Counted from the first letter of the whole stretch, positions 1 through 9,725 are shown. The stretch is DNA of 59,407 bases, filler included, from 6 parts of 6 records of this genome joined end to end with filler, not necessarily neighbours in it; one strand, 5' to 3'. Notes: generated by a model from the letters alone, not told the origin. Numbers and translations are program-made.

Positions 1-250
1 AAAAAATGCTGCGCTCAAGATCAACAATGTGGGAGGTTTAGTCAAGGAGCATGATTTATCACTTTCGACAATTCTACACCTTGTGAGTTGTGCCGTTTTT
101 CCCTTGGCAAAAAAATAATTTGCTAACACCGTTAAATATTTGGCCATACGTATTAAAGGTTTGACTCAACCAAACTTTTAATACAATCTTAGGTGTCTTA
201 TATCATTATATATATTATTGAGAGATCGATTCATGTGAAGCGACTACCCT

Positions 251-1368
251 CGTAAGCTTCCCCGTCAAGTAGACAGTTGCAAAATAGAGTTTCCAGCGTT
301 CTTTGATAGATATTCAGCAGGCGTCATATCCCCGAGGGCATCGTGTGGCCGCTGTTCGTTGTATTCGATTTTCCACCAGTAGGTGGTTTCCCTAACCTCA
401 TTCAGCTTTCGGAACAGGCACAGGTCAAGAACTTCGTTAAGATAAGTCTTGTTGAAGCGCTCGATGTATGCATTCTGGTTCGGTTTTCCGGGTTGAATGT
501 ATTGAATCGTCATCCCGTGCTCTTCAGCCCAGGCAATGAATTCTCCGCTGAGGAATTCCGGGCCATTATCGGTCCTCAGTGTTTCCGGAAGCCCTCGCTC
601 CAAGCGGAGTCGCTCGAACACCCGGATCAATCGTTTACCGGTGATTGATGTATCGATTTCAACATGCAGCAGCTCGCAATTGAAATCGTCGATCAAGTTA
701 AAGGTTCGGAAGCGACGACCAGCATAGAGCGAGTCGCTCATAAAGTCGGCAGACCAGACCTGGTTCGGCTGATGCGGAACCAGCAGCGGCTGTTTATCCC
801 GTTTCGGGAGTCGCTTTTTAGCCCGACGCTTCTGATTCAGGTTCAATTTGCAGTAAATACGATAAACCCGCTTGTGGTTCCAACGGTGACGTTTATGCAA
901 ATATTTCCAGCATTTTCAGAAGCCCCAACGGGGATGCTTGTCGAGCAAGAGATTGATGGCATCAACGACTTCGGCATCGCGATCCCGAGCCGCAGGTGTT
1001 CGATAATAGGCCGCCCGAGACAGACCGACACAGCGACAACTGCGCTGCACGGACATAAGATGCTCGGCAATCAGATAAGTGACGGCTTCACGCTTATCAG
1101 GCGGCCTTAAAGCTTTTTTTCGATCAGGTCTTTCAGGGCTCGGTTTTCCAGGGCCATGTCAGCGTACTTGGATCGCCAGTTGTAGTATGTAGCATCAGAG
1201 ATCCCGTGCTTACTGCAGATCTCTTTGACTTGAATACCAGCTTCGCCTTCTTTGAGAATGGCGATGATTTGATTCTCGGTAAAGCGTGTCTTCTTCATCA
1301 GAGCCTCTTGGATGTATTGTGCCAGAAAACTCTACTTTTGACATGTCAATCTACCGGGAAAGCTTACG
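251..1368 (-). mobile_element. IS3-family insertion sequence, decayed
   Basis: Imperfect terminal inverted repeats of about 43 bp: CGTAAGCTTCCCCG.. at 251 versus the reverse complement CGTAAGCTTTCCCG.. ending at 1368. They enclose orfA/orfB with an A-AAA-AAG frameshift motif (1113-1120, minus strand). No target-site duplication is seen. Confidence 0.92.
265..1298 (-). pseudogene. IS3 transposase orfAB (HTH orfA plus DDE integrase-like orfB), inactivated
   Basis: orfA reads MKKTRFTENQII..EKKL. orfB has WSADF, RTDNGPEF and QNAYIERFN. There is an in-frame TGA at 916-918 (RWGF*KCW), and orfA is only 63 aa. Confidence 0.88.
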
Positions 1369-1407
1369 GGATAGCTTCCAATACGCCAGTTTGAAAGGCA
1401 TACATTT

Positions 1408-3171
1408 TTGAAAAACTCTGGGATAAAGAATGATTTGCACTTTCTTAGGGATTTGCAAGGGGTGATGAAGGCTATCATCAATGCCAGTCATAATGGCATC
1501 ATGATTCTGGATCGTGATGGTGCGGTTGCTTATATCAATTCCGCAGCATCACATATATTCAATACTCCTTTTGAAGGTATCGTCGGAAAGCATTTCTCTA
1601 TTGTACGCCCTGAGGCTTGGCCGGATCTAAAAATGGTCATGGACGATTGCATTTCACAGGTTGGGAGGAAGCTCACTATTGATCAGACAACAGTTATTGT
1701 GAACCGTAGTCCGATTGTTGTTGACAGGAAAGTGGTCGGCGCAATCTCTGTTTTTCAGGATATCTCCGAATATGAAGCTGTCATTTCATCTCTCCAAAGT
1801 TATCAGTCGCTCAGCTTAGAGCTTGAGTCAATACTAGAAACATCTCAGGACGGACTTTACGTATCGGACGGTAACGCGAATACGTTGCGTGTTAATAGCG
1901 CTTATGAGCGAATCGCCGGCCTGAGGCGTGAAGATTTGGTGGGCCGTAATATGAACGATCTTGTAGCAGAAGGTCTTTTCGACTACTCCGTTACCTTGAA
2001 AGTTCTGGAAACTAAAAAGCAAGTTACCCTGCTACAGAATATTCAAGGTGAAAAACAGGTTGTGGTGACCGGGACGCCGATTTTCAATAAGGATAAAGAG
2101 ATCGTGCTTGTCGTTTCCAATGTTCGAGATATAACCGAGCTCAACTACCTAAAGGCTGAATTAGAGGACAGTAAACTTCGGAGTAGCCGTTATTATCAGA
2201 CGATCCTTGAGCAAGAAGGGCTTGATGAGATGTTTAAGGATATGGTTGTGAGTAGCAAAGAGATGGTCAATGTTGTTCATCGATCCGTTAAGGTGGCTAA
2301 TTCAGATATTTCGGTTTTGCTGACAGGTGAATCGGGTTCAGGTAAAACGATGCTTGCTAGGGCAATTCATAAAATGAGCGACCGCAGGAATAACCAATTT
2401 ATAAAAATCGATTGTGGTGCCATTCCCGAGTCCCTCATTGAAAGTGAGCTATTTGGTTATGAAAAAGGTGCATTTACTGGTGCGCACAGGGATGGAAAGG
2501 CAGGCCTGATTGACGCCGCTAACGGTGGGACGCTTTTTCTGGATGAAATTGGCGAATTAAAATCCGACCTTCAGGTAAAATTGTTAACTGTCATCGAAGA
2601 AAAGGTTTTCAACCGAGTTGGTGGAACAAAAAAGCTTGCTGTCGATGTCAGAATAATTTCAGCGACGCATCGTGACTTGCAGGAAATGATGAAAAACAAT
2701 CTGTTTCGAGAAGACCTTTTTTACCGCCTTAATGTTGTACCAATCAATATTCCACCATTGAGATTGCGCCGTGATGACATTTACCCTCTCACGATGAAAT
2801 TCATAGATAGTTTCAATGCTAAGATGGGTAGAAAAAAACAATGTAGTTCTGCGGTATTGAAAGCTTTGCAAAACTATTATTATCCGGGGAATGTTAGGGA
2901 GCTTTTTAACATTATTGAAAGAATGGTCGTCATGTCAGAGGGGGACACCATTGATGTGATTGATTTGCCCGTGGAATTAAAAAAAATGGAGGCGCCCTTT
3001 CAGTTTGATTCATTTGGTTCGTTGAACTTAAAAGAAGCGCTTGCGATGCTGGAGAAACAACTAATCGAGCAGGCGCTTGATAGTCATCCGACGGAAGTAG
3101 CTGCCGCAAAAAGCTTGGGGATACATGTCACAACATTATGGCGCAAAGCTGTAAGGTTGGGGTTAAAGTAA
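1408..3171 (+). CDS. sigma54-dependent enhancer-binding activator (PAS-PAS-AAA+-HTH)
   Basis: Two PAS-like repeats, GESGSGKT Walker A, intact GAFTGA, LFLDEIG, FREDLFYRL, YPGNVREL and a C-terminal Fis-type HTH. Start codon uncertain (TTG 1408 or a later ATG/GTG). Confidence 0.95.
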   Translation: MKNSGIKNDLHFLRDLQGVMKAIINASHNGIMILDRDGAVAYINSAASHIFNTPFEGIVGKHFSIVRPEAWPDLKMVMDDCISQVGRKLTIDQTTVIVNRSPIVVDRKVVGAISVFQDISEYEAVISSLQSYQSLSLELESILETSQDGLYVSDGNANTLRVNSAYERIAGLRREDLVGRNMNDLVAEGLFDYSVTLKVLETKKQVTLLQNIQGEKQVVVTGTPIFNKDKEIVLVVSNVRDITELNYLKAELEDSKLRSSRYYQTILEQEGLDEMFKDMVVSSKEMVNVVHRSVKVANSDISVLLTGESGSGKTMLARAIHKMSDRRNNQFIKIDCGAIPESLIESELFGYEKGAFTGAHRDGKAGLIDAANGGTLFLDEIGELKSDLQVKLLTVIEEKVFNRVGGTKKLAVDVRIISATHRDLQEMMKNNLFREDLFYRLNVVPINIPPLRLRRDDIYPLTMKFIDSFNAKMGRKKQCSSAVLKALQNYYYPGNVRELFNIIERMVVMSEGDTIDVIDLPVELKKMEAPFQFDSFGSLNLKEALAMLEKQLIEQALDSHPTEVAAAKSLGIHVTTLWRKAVRLGLK

Positions 3172-3172
3172 C

Positions 3173-3290
3173 ACTGCACAAACGCAATACCATTGCAGCC
3201 GTGCAGTATTAACATGTTTATCGCCCTGTCTACCCTTGCCCATACCATAAAAAGTACCCGCTAAAGCTGGAACCGTTGCAACCCTGCAAT
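3173..3290. promoter_or_regulatory. three putative activator binding sites (YTGCA-N4-YGCAR palindromes)
   Basis: ACTGCA-CAAA-CGCAAT (3173-3188), ATTGCA-GCCG-TGCAGT (3192-3207) and GTTGCA-ACCC-TGCAAT (3275-3290), lying 80-200 nt upstream of a sigma54 promoter. Confidence 0.6.
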
Positions 3291-3369
3291 AGATTGGTGC
3301 GGCAAGCATCTTTTCCAAGAAAACAAAATATCACAATTATTTCATATAGTTATAAATGTTTAAGCGTAT

Positions 3370-3385
3370 TGGCACATCGCTTGCT
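3370..3385 (+). promoter_or_regulatory. sigma54 (-24/-12) promoter of the ABC operon
   Basis: TGGCAC-ATCGC-TTGCT, an exact match to TGGCAC-N5-TTGCW, between an EBP gene and the operon. Confidence 0.88.
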
Positions 3386-3490
3386 GTATTTTGCTTGAGT
3401 GATTATCTGACTTGTATACACAACAGTGTCAATTTGATAAGTCCGGATCAATGCTACACCAACACTAACATTGTTAAACAAGGAGGAAAG

Positions 3491-4699
3491 ATGAAAAAGA
3501 GAGTTGTCAGTGTTCTTATTGCTATGTCCTTTGTCCTGCTGACGGTTGTCGGCGCGTCGGCCGCCAAGATCGGCTTCACTTACATCATGTCGGGACCCTT
3601 CTCGGCCTACGGCCAGTTTGCCAAGCAGGGCGCGGAGCTGGCCATCGAAGAGATCAATGCGTCCGGTGGCATCAATGGTCAGAAAGTGGAAGGTTTTTTC
3701 GAGGATTCCACCGGCAAGGCCGATGTCGCACTGCGTTCGATCCGTAAACTGGTCTATCAGAACAATGTCGACATGCTGATCGGCCTCGACTCCAGCGGTG
3801 TCGCCAAAACCGTCGTGCCATCCATCGAGCAGATGAAAACCCCGCTGATCATTACTCATGCCGCGACTCCCGACGTCACCGGCAGCGTCTGCAACCAGTA
3901 CACCTTCCGCATTTCTCTCAACCTGTCCCAGAATGTTAAAGCTGCAGCTTTGCTGGCCAAAGAGACCGGGGCAAAAAAATGGACAACCGTTGGCCCCGAC
4001 TATGCTTTCGGTCACCAGTCCTGGGAATATTTTGAGAAATACCTGAAAGAACTGAATCCGGCATCCAGCTTCCTGCCGAAAGACCAGGTCGCATTCCCAC
4101 CCTTTAAAACCACCGATTTCAGCGCCTACATCACCAAGGTCATGAGCAGCAAACCGGACGGCGTATTCATCTCCCTCTGGGGCGGCAACCTGATCGACTT
4201 TGTTCGCCAAGCCAGCAGCATGGGCTTCTTCAATGGGGATTTCGAGGTGCTGTTCTCCCTCGGTGCCGCAACGGAAGTGCTGACCGCCCTCGGCGACAAG
4301 ATGCCGGAAGGGCTGTGGGTCGGGACCCGCTACTGGTTCCTCGCCAACGATTCCGCCACGAATAAAAACTTTGTTGACAGCTACTTCAAAAAGTATGGCG
4401 CCTATCCCTCCTACAACGCCCACGGTGCATACAGCGCTGTTTATGCCTACAAGGCTGCAGCCGAAAAAGCCGGATCCTTCGACAAGTTGGCCATCGTCAA
4501 CGCTCTGGAGGGTCTAAAGCTTGAAATCCCGACCGGCATGATTGAATTCCGCAAGGGGGATCACCAGGCTGTAACGGATGCCCACTGGGGCAAGACCGCA
4601 GCGGATGTCAACTATCCGCACCGCATTCTCAAACCGGTCAAGATTTTCAAGGGACAGGATGTTACCCCGGCGGTTTCATCGACCGGCTGTTCCCTGTAG
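3491..4699 (+). CDS. branched-chain amino acid-type (Liv/HAAT) ABC transporter substrate-binding protein
   Basis: AGGAGG RBS at 3481 before ATG 3491, giving the signal peptide MKKRVVSVLIA..ASAA. Contains GAELAIEEINASGGING and DYAFG. The ORF-track start at 3356 lies upstream of the promoter and is rejected. Confidence 0.93.
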   Translation: MKKRVVSVLIAMSFVLLTVVGASAAKIGFTYIMSGPFSAYGQFAKQGAELAIEEINASGGINGQKVEGFFEDSTGKADVALRSIRKLVYQNNVDMLIGLDSSGVAKTVVPSIEQMKTPLIITHAATPDVTGSVCNQYTFRISLNLSQNVKAAALLAKETGAKKWTTVGPDYAFGHQSWEYFEKYLKELNPASSFLPKDQVAFPPFKTTDFSAYITKVMSSKPDGVFISLWGGNLIDFVRQASSMGFFNGDFEVLFSLGAATEVLTALGDKMPEGLWVGTRYWFLANDSATNKNFVDSYFKKYGAYPSYNAHGAYSAVYAYKAAAEKAGSFDKLAIVNALEGLKLEIPTGMIEFRKGDHQAVTDAHWGKTAADVNYPHRILKPVKIFKGQDVTPAVSSTGCSL

Positions 4700-4733
4700 T
4701 TCCTTTAAAACTAATTACATCACAGGTTAATCA

Positions 4734-4761
4734 TGTAGCGAGAAGCTTATTTCTCGCTACA
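4734..4761. terminator. intercistronic hairpin after the binding-protein gene (mRNA stabiliser or partial terminator)
   Basis: Perfect 11-bp stem TGTAGCGAGAA / TTCTCGCTACA with a 6-nt loop and no U-tract. Confidence 0.55.
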
Positions 4762-4815
4762 ACCTACAAAACCGAAGGTTGATTTTATATCAATGATCGA
4801 TCTTCTGGAGTAAGT

Positions 4816-5676
4816 ATGGATATTTTACTACTAAACATCTTGAACGGTTTAAGCTGGGGCATGCTACTGTTCCTCATCGCCGTCGGTCTGACTACCGTTT
4901 TCGGGGTCATGGGGGTGTTGAATTTTGCCCACGGCTCACTGTTCATGCTCGGGGCCTACCTGTGTATGCAGGCGATGCAATATTTCGATTCTTTCTGGTT
5001 CGGCCTGCTGGTGGGGCCGCTCTGTGTCGTCGCCGTCGGGGTGCTGGTCGAAAAGTTCCTGCTGAAAAAGGTCTACGACCGGGACGTCTCCTATCAACTG
5101 CTGCTGACCTTTGCCGTCCTGCTGGTTCTTGATGACGCGGTGCGTATGGTTTGGGGCTCTGGCTATCACGTTGTCGAGCCACCAGCCATCCTCAACGGGA
5201 TCATGACCATCGCCGGGCAGGACTACCCTGTTTACCGCATTTTCCTGATTGTGATCGGACCACTGATCGGCGGATTGCTCTGGTCCTTTTTCCATTTCAC
5301 CAAATGGGGAAAAATTATCCGTGCAGCCTCCTTTGACAACATCATGGCCGAGGGCGTCGGCATCAACGTGCCCATGATTTATACCTCCGTTTTTGCTCTC
5401 GGAACCTGGCTGGCGGCTCTCGGCGGAGCCTTGGCTGCACCCCAGCAGAGCCTGATCCCGTCGATGGGAGAAAAAATCATCATCGAAAGCTTCATTGTCG
5501 TCGTCGTTGGCGGTATGGGCAGCTTTCCGGGAGCCTTCGTCGGCGCCCTGCTGCTGGGCTTGCTGGAATCCTTCGGCACTGTCTTTGCTGGACGCATGCA
5601 GATGGCAATCCCCTATATTCTATTGGCAGTCATTCTGCTGATCAAGCCGAATGGCCTGTTTCGGAAAGGGGTGTAA
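4816..5676 (+). CDS. livH: branched-chain amino acid ABC permease, LivH-like
   Basis: GVLNFAHG motif, GKIIRAAS..AEGVGIN loop, VVGGMGS, hydrophobic throughout. Confidence 0.9.
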   Translation: MDILLLNILNGLSWGMLLFLIAVGLTTVFGVMGVLNFAHGSLFMLGAYLCMQAMQYFDSFWFGLLVGPLCVVAVGVLVEKFLLKKVYDRDVSYQLLLTFAVLLVLDDAVRMVWGSGYHVVEPPAILNGIMTIAGQDYPVYRIFLIVIGPLIGGLLWSFFHFTKWGKIIRAASFDNIMAEGVGINVPMIYTSVFALGTWLAALGGALAAPQQSLIPSMGEKIIIESFIVVVVGGMGSFPGAFVGALLLGLLESFGTVFAGRMQMAIPYILLAVILLIKPNGLFRKGV

Positions 5677-5678
5677 CC

Positions 5679-6638
5679 ATGAATCTTTCGCACAGATACA
5701 ACCTGCTCGGACCGGCCCTTCTGATACTCATTCTGTTTCTGGCACCCTTGGTTATCCCGACCTACTGGACCATGATCCTGTCGGAGATCCTGATCATGGG
5801 CCTGATGGCGGTCAGCTTTAACCTGCTGCTCGGCTACACGGGGCTGCTCTCTTTCGGTCAGGGCGCGTTCTTTGGTCTCGGAGCCTACAGCGCCGCGCTG
5901 ATGCTTCAGGCCGGGCATCAAAACCTCTTTCTCATCCTGCTGGTCGGTATTCTCGTCGCCCTGATCGCCGCCCTGATCGTCGGTTTCTTTTCAGTCCGGC
6001 TGGATGAGATCTTCTTCGCCATGATCACCCTCGGCTTCGGTATGCTGTTTTTTTCGATAGCCCACAACTGGCTTGAAGTCACCGGTGGGAGCGACGGTCT
6101 GCCGGTGTTTGTCCTACCCAGTCTATCCCTTTTCGGATCGGAGTTGACCTTCTACGCACCGGTCAACATGTATTATCTGGTCTTCAGCCTGGTTCTGATC
6201 GGGATTATCCTGCTTTGGATAATAGTTCATTCACCCTTCGGACTCATTCTCAAGGCGCTGCGTGAGAACAAACAGCGCGTCGCCTTTGTCGGCGGTAACG
6301 TCAAAACATTGCGTGTCGTCGCCTTCGCCATATCGGGCGCCTTTACCGGCCTGGCGGGTGTCCTCTTCTGTCTGTTCAACAGCATGGCGACTCCGGAATT
6401 CATGCACTGGAGCTTCTCCGCCAAACCGGTCATTATGTCGATCATTGGCGGGACCGGTGTTTTCCTTGGCCCCCTGTTCGGGGCCGGAATCTTTTTTGTC
6501 CTTGAACAGGTCATCATTCAATTCACTGAAAACTGGATGCTTTTCCTCGGCATCGTGCTGATTCCGATTGTGCTGTTCTTTCCGCAGGGTGTTTTTGGCA
6601 CACTGCGCAACAGACTGTTCAAACAGGGGGCGAAATGA
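5679..6638 (+). CDS. livM: branched-chain amino acid ABC permease, LivM-like
   Basis: NLLLGYTGLLSFGQGAFFGLGAY, TGGSDG and SPFGLILKALREN. Confidence 0.9.
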   Translation: MNLSHRYNLLGPALLILILFLAPLVIPTYWTMILSEILIMGLMAVSFNLLLGYTGLLSFGQGAFFGLGAYSAALMLQAGHQNLFLILLVGILVALIAALIVGFFSVRLDEIFFAMITLGFGMLFFSIAHNWLEVTGGSDGLPVFVLPSLSLFGSELTFYAPVNMYYLVFSLVLIGIILLWIIVHSPFGLILKALRENKQRVAFVGGNVKTLRVVAFAISGAFTGLAGVLFCLFNSMATPEFMHWSFSAKPVIMSIIGGTGVFLGPLFGAGIFFVLEQVIIQFTENWMLFLGIVLIPIVLFFPQGVFGTLRNRLFKQGAK

Positions 6639-8083
6639 ACTCCAATGCTGTTTTGAAAATAGAGAACCTGGGCCACTCCTACGGGAAGTTCAAGGTCATT
6701 GAGGATATCTCCCTGACGATCGGTAAAGGAGAGACGTCGGCCTTGATCGGTCCCAACGGCGCAGGAAAGACGACCTTTTACAACGCTATTTCCGGAAAAT
6801 TCCCACCGTCCCGGGGCAAGGTCTACTTGAATGATGAGGAGATCACCGGCATGCCGTCACACCGCGTTGTCGACAAGGGGATGTGCCGATCATTTCAGAT
6901 CACCAACATCTTTGCCGAGCTGACGGTCGCCGAGAATGTCTTCAGCCCTCTGATTCTTCAGCAGAACAAACAGTTTAAACCCTACGGCAATATCTATAAG
7001 GATCGCTTGATCACTGAAAAAGCGATGTTTGCTCTTGAGCAGGTCGGCTTGGCGCATCGCGCGGATCAGGTTGTCGCCAATATGGCTTATGGCGATAAGC
7101 GCCTTGTTGAAATGGCTATTGTTCTGGCTCGGGAACCAAGTGTCGTGCTCCTTGATGAGCCAACGGCCGGGATGAATCCGGAAGAGACGGAGAACATGAT
7201 CAACTTGATCAAAAAACTGGCTGACAATTTAGGAACAACGTTCTTCATCACTGAACACGATATGAAGGTGGTTTTCTCTTTGGCCGAAAGAATTTACGTC
7301 CTGCATCAAGGGTATTTACTTGCCCAAGGAAATTCGCAAGAAATCCGCTCTAACGAACAGGTTCAGGAAGCCTATCTGGGAGAAAAGTCCATGCTTAAGG
7401 TTGAAAACATTCACACCTACTACGATGACAGCTACATTCTCCAGGGCGTTGACCTTGAAGTCAACGCCGGTGAAATCGTCTGTCTTCTGGGACGCAACGG
7501 CGCGGGAAAATCAACAACGATGAAAAGTATCATGGGCTACAACCACCCACGAAAAGGTACGATCACCTTTCTCGGACAGGATATTTCGCGCCAGACCGTC
7601 TACAAGAATGTGCGCCTGGGCCTGGGTTTTGTTCCCGAGGATAGACGAATTTTTTCTGATTTAAGCGTTCAGGAAAACTTTGAAGTCGCCTTTAACGATG
7701 CTGTTGAGACACGCTGGACAATCGACGACCTGTTTTCCACCTTTCCCCTGCTCGATAAATTCCGTCTGCGCAAGGGCGGAGAGTTGAGCGGGGGAGAACA
7801 GCAGATGGTAGCCATCGCCCGGGCACTGGCGAGCCAGCCAAAGCTATTGTTGCTTGATGAGCCCTGTGAAGGGCTGGCTCCGGTGATTGTGGAACAGTTG
7901 GGAGAAATTATCCTGCGCCTGAAAGAACACTTCCCCATTCTGCTGGCCGAGCAGAACGCCCATTTTGCCCTGGACATTTCCGACCGCGGCTATGTCATCG
8001 ACAAGGGGCTGATCCGCTTCTCCGGCAGCCGCGAAGAATTACAGCAGAATGACGAAATTAAAACCCGTTATCTATCGGTTTAA
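6635..8083 (+). CDS. ABC ATPases LivG and LivF, read as one fused ORF (probably two genes, 6635-7398 and 7391-8083)
   Basis: Two complete NBDs: GPNGAGKT..YGDKR..LLDEPTAG and GRNGAGKS..LSGGEQQ..LLDEP. An internal ATG at 7391 is preceded by GGAG. Confidence 0.88.
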   Translation: MNSNAVLKIENLGHSYGKFKVIEDISLTIGKGETSALIGPNGAGKTTFYNAISGKFPPSRGKVYLNDEEITGMPSHRVVDKGMCRSFQITNIFAELTVAENVFSPLILQQNKQFKPYGNIYKDRLITEKAMFALEQVGLAHRADQVVANMAYGDKRLVEMAIVLAREPSVVLLDEPTAGMNPEETENMINLIKKLADNLGTTFFITEHDMKVVFSLAERIYVLHQGYLLAQGNSQEIRSNEQVQEAYLGEKSMLKVENIHTYYDDSYILQGVDLEVNAGEIVCLLGRNGAGKSTTMKSIMGYNHPRKGTITFLGQDISRQTVYKNVRLGLGFVPEDRRIFSDLSVQENFEVAFNDAVETRWTIDDLFSTFPLLDKFRLRKGGELSGGEQQMVAIARALASQPKLLLLDEPCEGLAPVIVEQLGEIILRLKEHFPILLAEQNAHFALDISDRGYVIDKGLIRFSGSREELQQNDEIKTRYLSV

Positions 8084-8098
8084 TTTCCTCTGTTGTGA

Positions 8099-9280
8099 TT
8101 GAACAGAATGACAGGAGAAAAGACAATTAATAATTACACTTTTCAAACTGCCGGTACCATTATCAATGAAACAGGTGCCACCTCGCACCTTGGGGAGATT
8201 GCTTCTGACCTTGGAATGAGTCGGGTGCTGCTTGTCAGTGATCCTGGGCTCGCAGGGGTTGGTTTAATCGACAAGGCCGTCGTAGGTCTTCATGCTGGCG
8301 GCATTGAGGTGATGGGTTTTACCAATGTGTTGACTGACCCTCCCGTCAGCACGGTTTTGAAGGCGCTTAAACTAGGTCGTGAGTCTGAGATCAACGGTGT
8401 GATCGGCTTTGGTGGTGGAAGTTCCATGGACGTTGCCAAGCTGGTGGCCCTGTTAATCGGCTCTGAGCAAACACTGGATGAGGTTTTAGCCACCAATGCA
8501 GTGTTGGGAAAACGTTTGCCTTTGATTCAGGTACCGACAACAGCGGGTACTGGCTCGGAAATCACCTCCGTTGCTATCGTGACAACTAAAGAGAATGAAA
8601 AAAAGGCAATAGTCACAACACAGCTGTTACCAGATATCGTTCTTCTGGACGCTGAATTGACAATAAGCTTGCCACCTCGGCCCACAGCAATGACCGGCAT
8701 TGATGCTATTATCCACGCCATTGAAGCCTATACCAGCAAACAGCGTAAAAATCCACTTTGCGATATTCTTGCCAAGCAAAGCCTAAATCTTTTGTTTGAG
8801 AACATAAAACTTGTTGTTCAGGATGGGCACAATCTTCAGGCTCGCTCAAAAATGCAATTGGGGGCATTACTTGCAGGACAAGCTTTTTCTAATGCCTCTG
8901 TTGGGGCGGTTCACGCTCTTGCCTATCCAATTGGTGGTCAGTTTCATCTTCCCCATGGCCTGACTACAGCGTTACTTCTTCCCCATGTCATGCGCTTTAA
9001 CCTTCCTCTGGCCAATAAAGATTATGCAAACCTGGCCCGAGACCTTTTTGATGATTTGACCCTTGCTTGCGATTTGGAGGCCAGCGCACACCTTATTTCA
9101 GTTTTGGAAAAATTGATAAATGATGTGGGCTTGGAGAAGTCACTAACCCAAGTGGGAGTTGAAAAACAAAATCTACCGCAATTGGCCAAAGCGGCAATGC
9201 AGCAGACTCGACTGCTGGTGAATAATCCGCGTGAGATAAATTATGCGGATGCCTTGCAGATTTATCACGATAGCTTATAG
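8099..9280 (+). CDS. iron-containing alcohol dehydrogenase
   Basis: GGGSSMD, PTTAGTGSE, DAIIHAIE and HALA..HLPHG metal ligands. Start uncertain (8099, 8108 or 8126). Confidence 0.93.
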   Translation: MNRMTGEKTINNYTFQTAGTIINETGATSHLGEIASDLGMSRVLLVSDPGLAGVGLIDKAVVGLHAGGIEVMGFTNVLTDPPVSTVLKALKLGRESEINGVIGFGGGSSMDVAKLVALLIGSEQTLDEVLATNAVLGKRLPLIQVPTTAGTGSEITSVAIVTTKENEKKAIVTTQLLPDIVLLDAELTISLPPRPTAMTGIDAIIHAIEAYTSKQRKNPLCDILAKQSLNLLFENIKLVVQDGHNLQARSKMQLGALLAGQAFSNASVGAVHALAYPIGGQFHLPHGLTTALLLPHVMRFNLPLANKDYANLARDLFDDLTLACDLEASAHLISVLEKLINDVGLEKSLTQVGVEKQNLPQLAKAAMQQTRLLVNNPREINYADALQIYHDSL

Positions 9281-9305
9281 TTTTTCACCTGCGGGGGATT
9301 TACCC

Positions 9306-9405
9306 NNNNNNNNNNNNNNNNNNNNNNNNNNNNNNNNNNNNNNNNNNNNTTAATTAATTAANNNNNNNNNNNNNNNNNNNNNNNNNNNNNNNNNNNNNNN
9401 NNNNN
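9306..9405. other. artificial contig linker
   Basis: N44-TTAATTAATTAA-N44, which has stops in all six frames. Confidence 0.99.
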
Positions 9406-9543
9406 AAAAGTCAGAATGGTGTCAACTTTTGCCTGAACGTTTTGCTTCTTTGATTCCTGTTGATTTGTTTCTATGTCGACCGAGTATAACAGGTCCAAAT
9501 TTGCCAGGAAAATAAAAAGAGCTATATGCGATCTTTTTATCAT
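9406..9543 (-). CDS. 5' fragment of a probable exported protein, cut by the contig end
   Basis: Signal-peptide-like N-terminus MIKRSHIALFIFLANL. The frame is open to the contig edge and divergent from the FAH gene. Confidence 0.4.
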
Positions 9544-9696
9544 AAAAATCCTGCATTTTTGTTTTCGTTATCCTAAACATATCGTTTCTTGTGTCTTGTT
9601 CCCTGTTTTCATGGTTAACTGAAAAAATCACAAAAGTGCGTGATTTTACGTTTTTTTTAAAATGTATATCTGTTAAATAGGGATTTGACATTTCAC

Positions 9697-9725
9697 TTGC
9701 TTATTAACTAATGGATTAATATTAT
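9697..9725 (+). promoter_or_regulatory. putative sigma70 promoter
   Basis: TTGCTT-N17-TATTAT upstream of the FAH gene. The context is AT-rich, so a chance match is possible. Confidence 0.35.

Noticed and set aside
916..918. TGA recoding (Trp or Sec) in the transposase
   Set aside because: It is a single case in an element with other lesions, and TGA acts as a normal stop in the same contig (livM).
3356..3490. N-terminal extension of the binding protein in the ORF track
   Set aside because: It overlaps the sigma54 promoter. The SD and signal peptide point to ATG 3491.
3350..4423. 357-aa minus-strand ORF
   Set aside because: Antisense shadow of the GC-rich binding-protein gene, with no motifs.
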